A DNA stretch of 63,702 nt, filler included, from Octopus bimaculoides (lineage: Eukaryota): assembly GCF_001194135.2 (NCBI RefSeq). It is 5 parts of 4 records of this genome, joined end to end, with 100 filler letters (N's around TTAATTAATTAA, not from the genome) between each part and the next. Parts side by side here need not be neighbours in the genome. Positions count along the whole stretch, not along the records: positions 47,746 to 63,702 come from NC_068983.1; 4 more parts are not named here. One strand, given 5' to 3'. Below are positions 62,432 through 63,702 of this stretch, one piece after another. The notes under the pieces were generated by a model. It was given only the letters and a program-made list of their open reading frames with translations, was not told where the DNA came from and made no database searches. The stretch's first letter is position 1. The number at the start of each line of letters is the position of its first letter. Position numbers and translations under genes: made by a program.

Positions 62432-62997
62432 TTTAATGCTTCGATAGTAGTCGGATACGTCTTTTCTCACATGATGGCCTATGATAATATTTTCATTTAC
62501 AATGTAAGTAAAATAGTCAAAACACCCAAGCACGCATATACACCTACAAATACAGAAACAAGAACAGACATAAACATACACAAACATATNNNNNNNNNNN
62601 NNNNNNNNNNNNNNNNNNNNNNNNNNNNNNNNNNNNNNNNNNNNNNNNNNNNNNNNNNNNNNNNNNNNNNNNNNNNNNNNNNNNNNNNNNNNNNNNNNNN
62701 NNNNNNNNNNNNNNNNNNNNNNNNNNNNNNNNNNNNNNNNNNNNNNNNNNNNNNNNNNNNNNNNNNNNNNNNNNNNNNNNNNNNNNNNNNNNNNNNNNNN
62801 NNNNNNNNNNNNNNNNNNNNNNNNNNNNTATATATATATATATGTTTGTGTGTGTGTATGTCTGTTCTTGTTTGTGTATTTGTAGGTGTGTGTGCGTGCT
62901 TGTGTGTTTTGACTATTTTACTTACATTATAAATGAAAATATTATCATAGGCCATCATGTGAGAAAAGACGTATCCGACTACTATCGAAGCATTAAA
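62432..62997. repeat. Inverted duplication with arms of about 158 bp around a gap
   Basis: 62432-62589 versus about 62839-62997: outer 67 bp identical, about 7 mismatches further in; TTAA at both outer ends. Confidence 0.85.
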
Positions 62998-63620
62998 ATT
63001 ACATAACGACCAGAATCTTAACATGATAGGGGTACCCTCGCACTGAGAGTATTTTTTCTATATAATATTGTATAATAATTGAAGCGTTGATTTATTGAAA
63101 AGGAGGGCGATTCAAATGTTATTTTAATTCTTACTATTGCTGCTGCTTGTTATTTCACAAAATCCCATCTAAGATAGATAACATCTTCATCTCTTAATCT
63201 GATAATATTCGACAATCCTCACGTAAAGTATGGACTGCGATAATAGAAGACATAATCCGATGCTTTTACGATTTTATACCCCGGTTGTATGTGGCTGTCT
63301 CATTTGATATGCTGCTCACAAGTAGACAGAACCTGTAGGAACCTGTCTGTCCTCAAATACTGCGTAGGACATGCTTACGTCAATGTACTTAAGTACATAT
63401 TTTATGACAAACTCTTATATCTATAGACCCACACCGTGTGCAGAACACAGTGTATATTCATAGTTGTTCGCACAGGGACATAGTTGATGCGTGGCTTTCT
63501 TGGCACTTGCTACAGGCAGGTAAAACCTCGTTCTGAAATGTCCTTCAAAGATCCATAATACATATATGCACACAAACATATATGTAAGTATATATATATA
63601 TATATGCATTTATATTACTC

Positions 63621-63677
<57 letters not shown>

Positions 63678-63702
63678 ATATATTTCATATATATGTATAT
63701 AT

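Noticed and set aside
63427-63519. 93-bp plus-strand phase-symmetric exon candidate; Cys-rich minus-strand frame resembling a zinc finger
   Set aside because: Modest splice signals, an in-frame stop in the Cys-rich frame, and no motif match I can support.

Overview
Eukaryotic, AT-rich, gap-ridden genomic DNA. It is dominated by microsatellites (TA, CA, GA, GAT, GATA) and layered transposon fossils. The three tRNA-headed SINE families, (GAT)n-tailed RTE LINEs and extreme microsatellite density suggest an octopus/cephalopod draft assembly; this is my inference from pattern recognition, not a database result. Most ORFs in the supplied track are artefacts of N-runs or simple repeats. No intact autonomous element, complete host gene, rRNA, true tRNA gene or CRISPR array is visible. 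Recognisable fossils: two DD37D (maT) and three mariner transposases (DD34D spacing countable in the 31-kb copy), four Helitron copies from three families, two related Ty3/Gypsy elements, several RTE LINE 3' ends, a CR1/L2-group LINE piece, a Penelope-like element, a Sola2-like transposase, and several MITEs. Best leads: (i) two same-family SINEs inserted back-to-back at one palindromic AATATT target, next to an empty-site copy; (ii) a SINE whose target-site duplication copies the 3' splice site of a 155-bp stop-free candidate exon, within a possibly decayed minus-strand gene at 52-63.5 kb; (iii) telomere-type repeats carried inside several unrelated DNA elements; (iv) minisatellites born inside transposase coding sequence; (v) a plus-strand chain of exon-like segments including a 23-nt microexon candidate. 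Four identical 100-bp N44-TTAATTAATTAA-N44 spacers are artificial joins, so distances and adjacency across them are unreliable.
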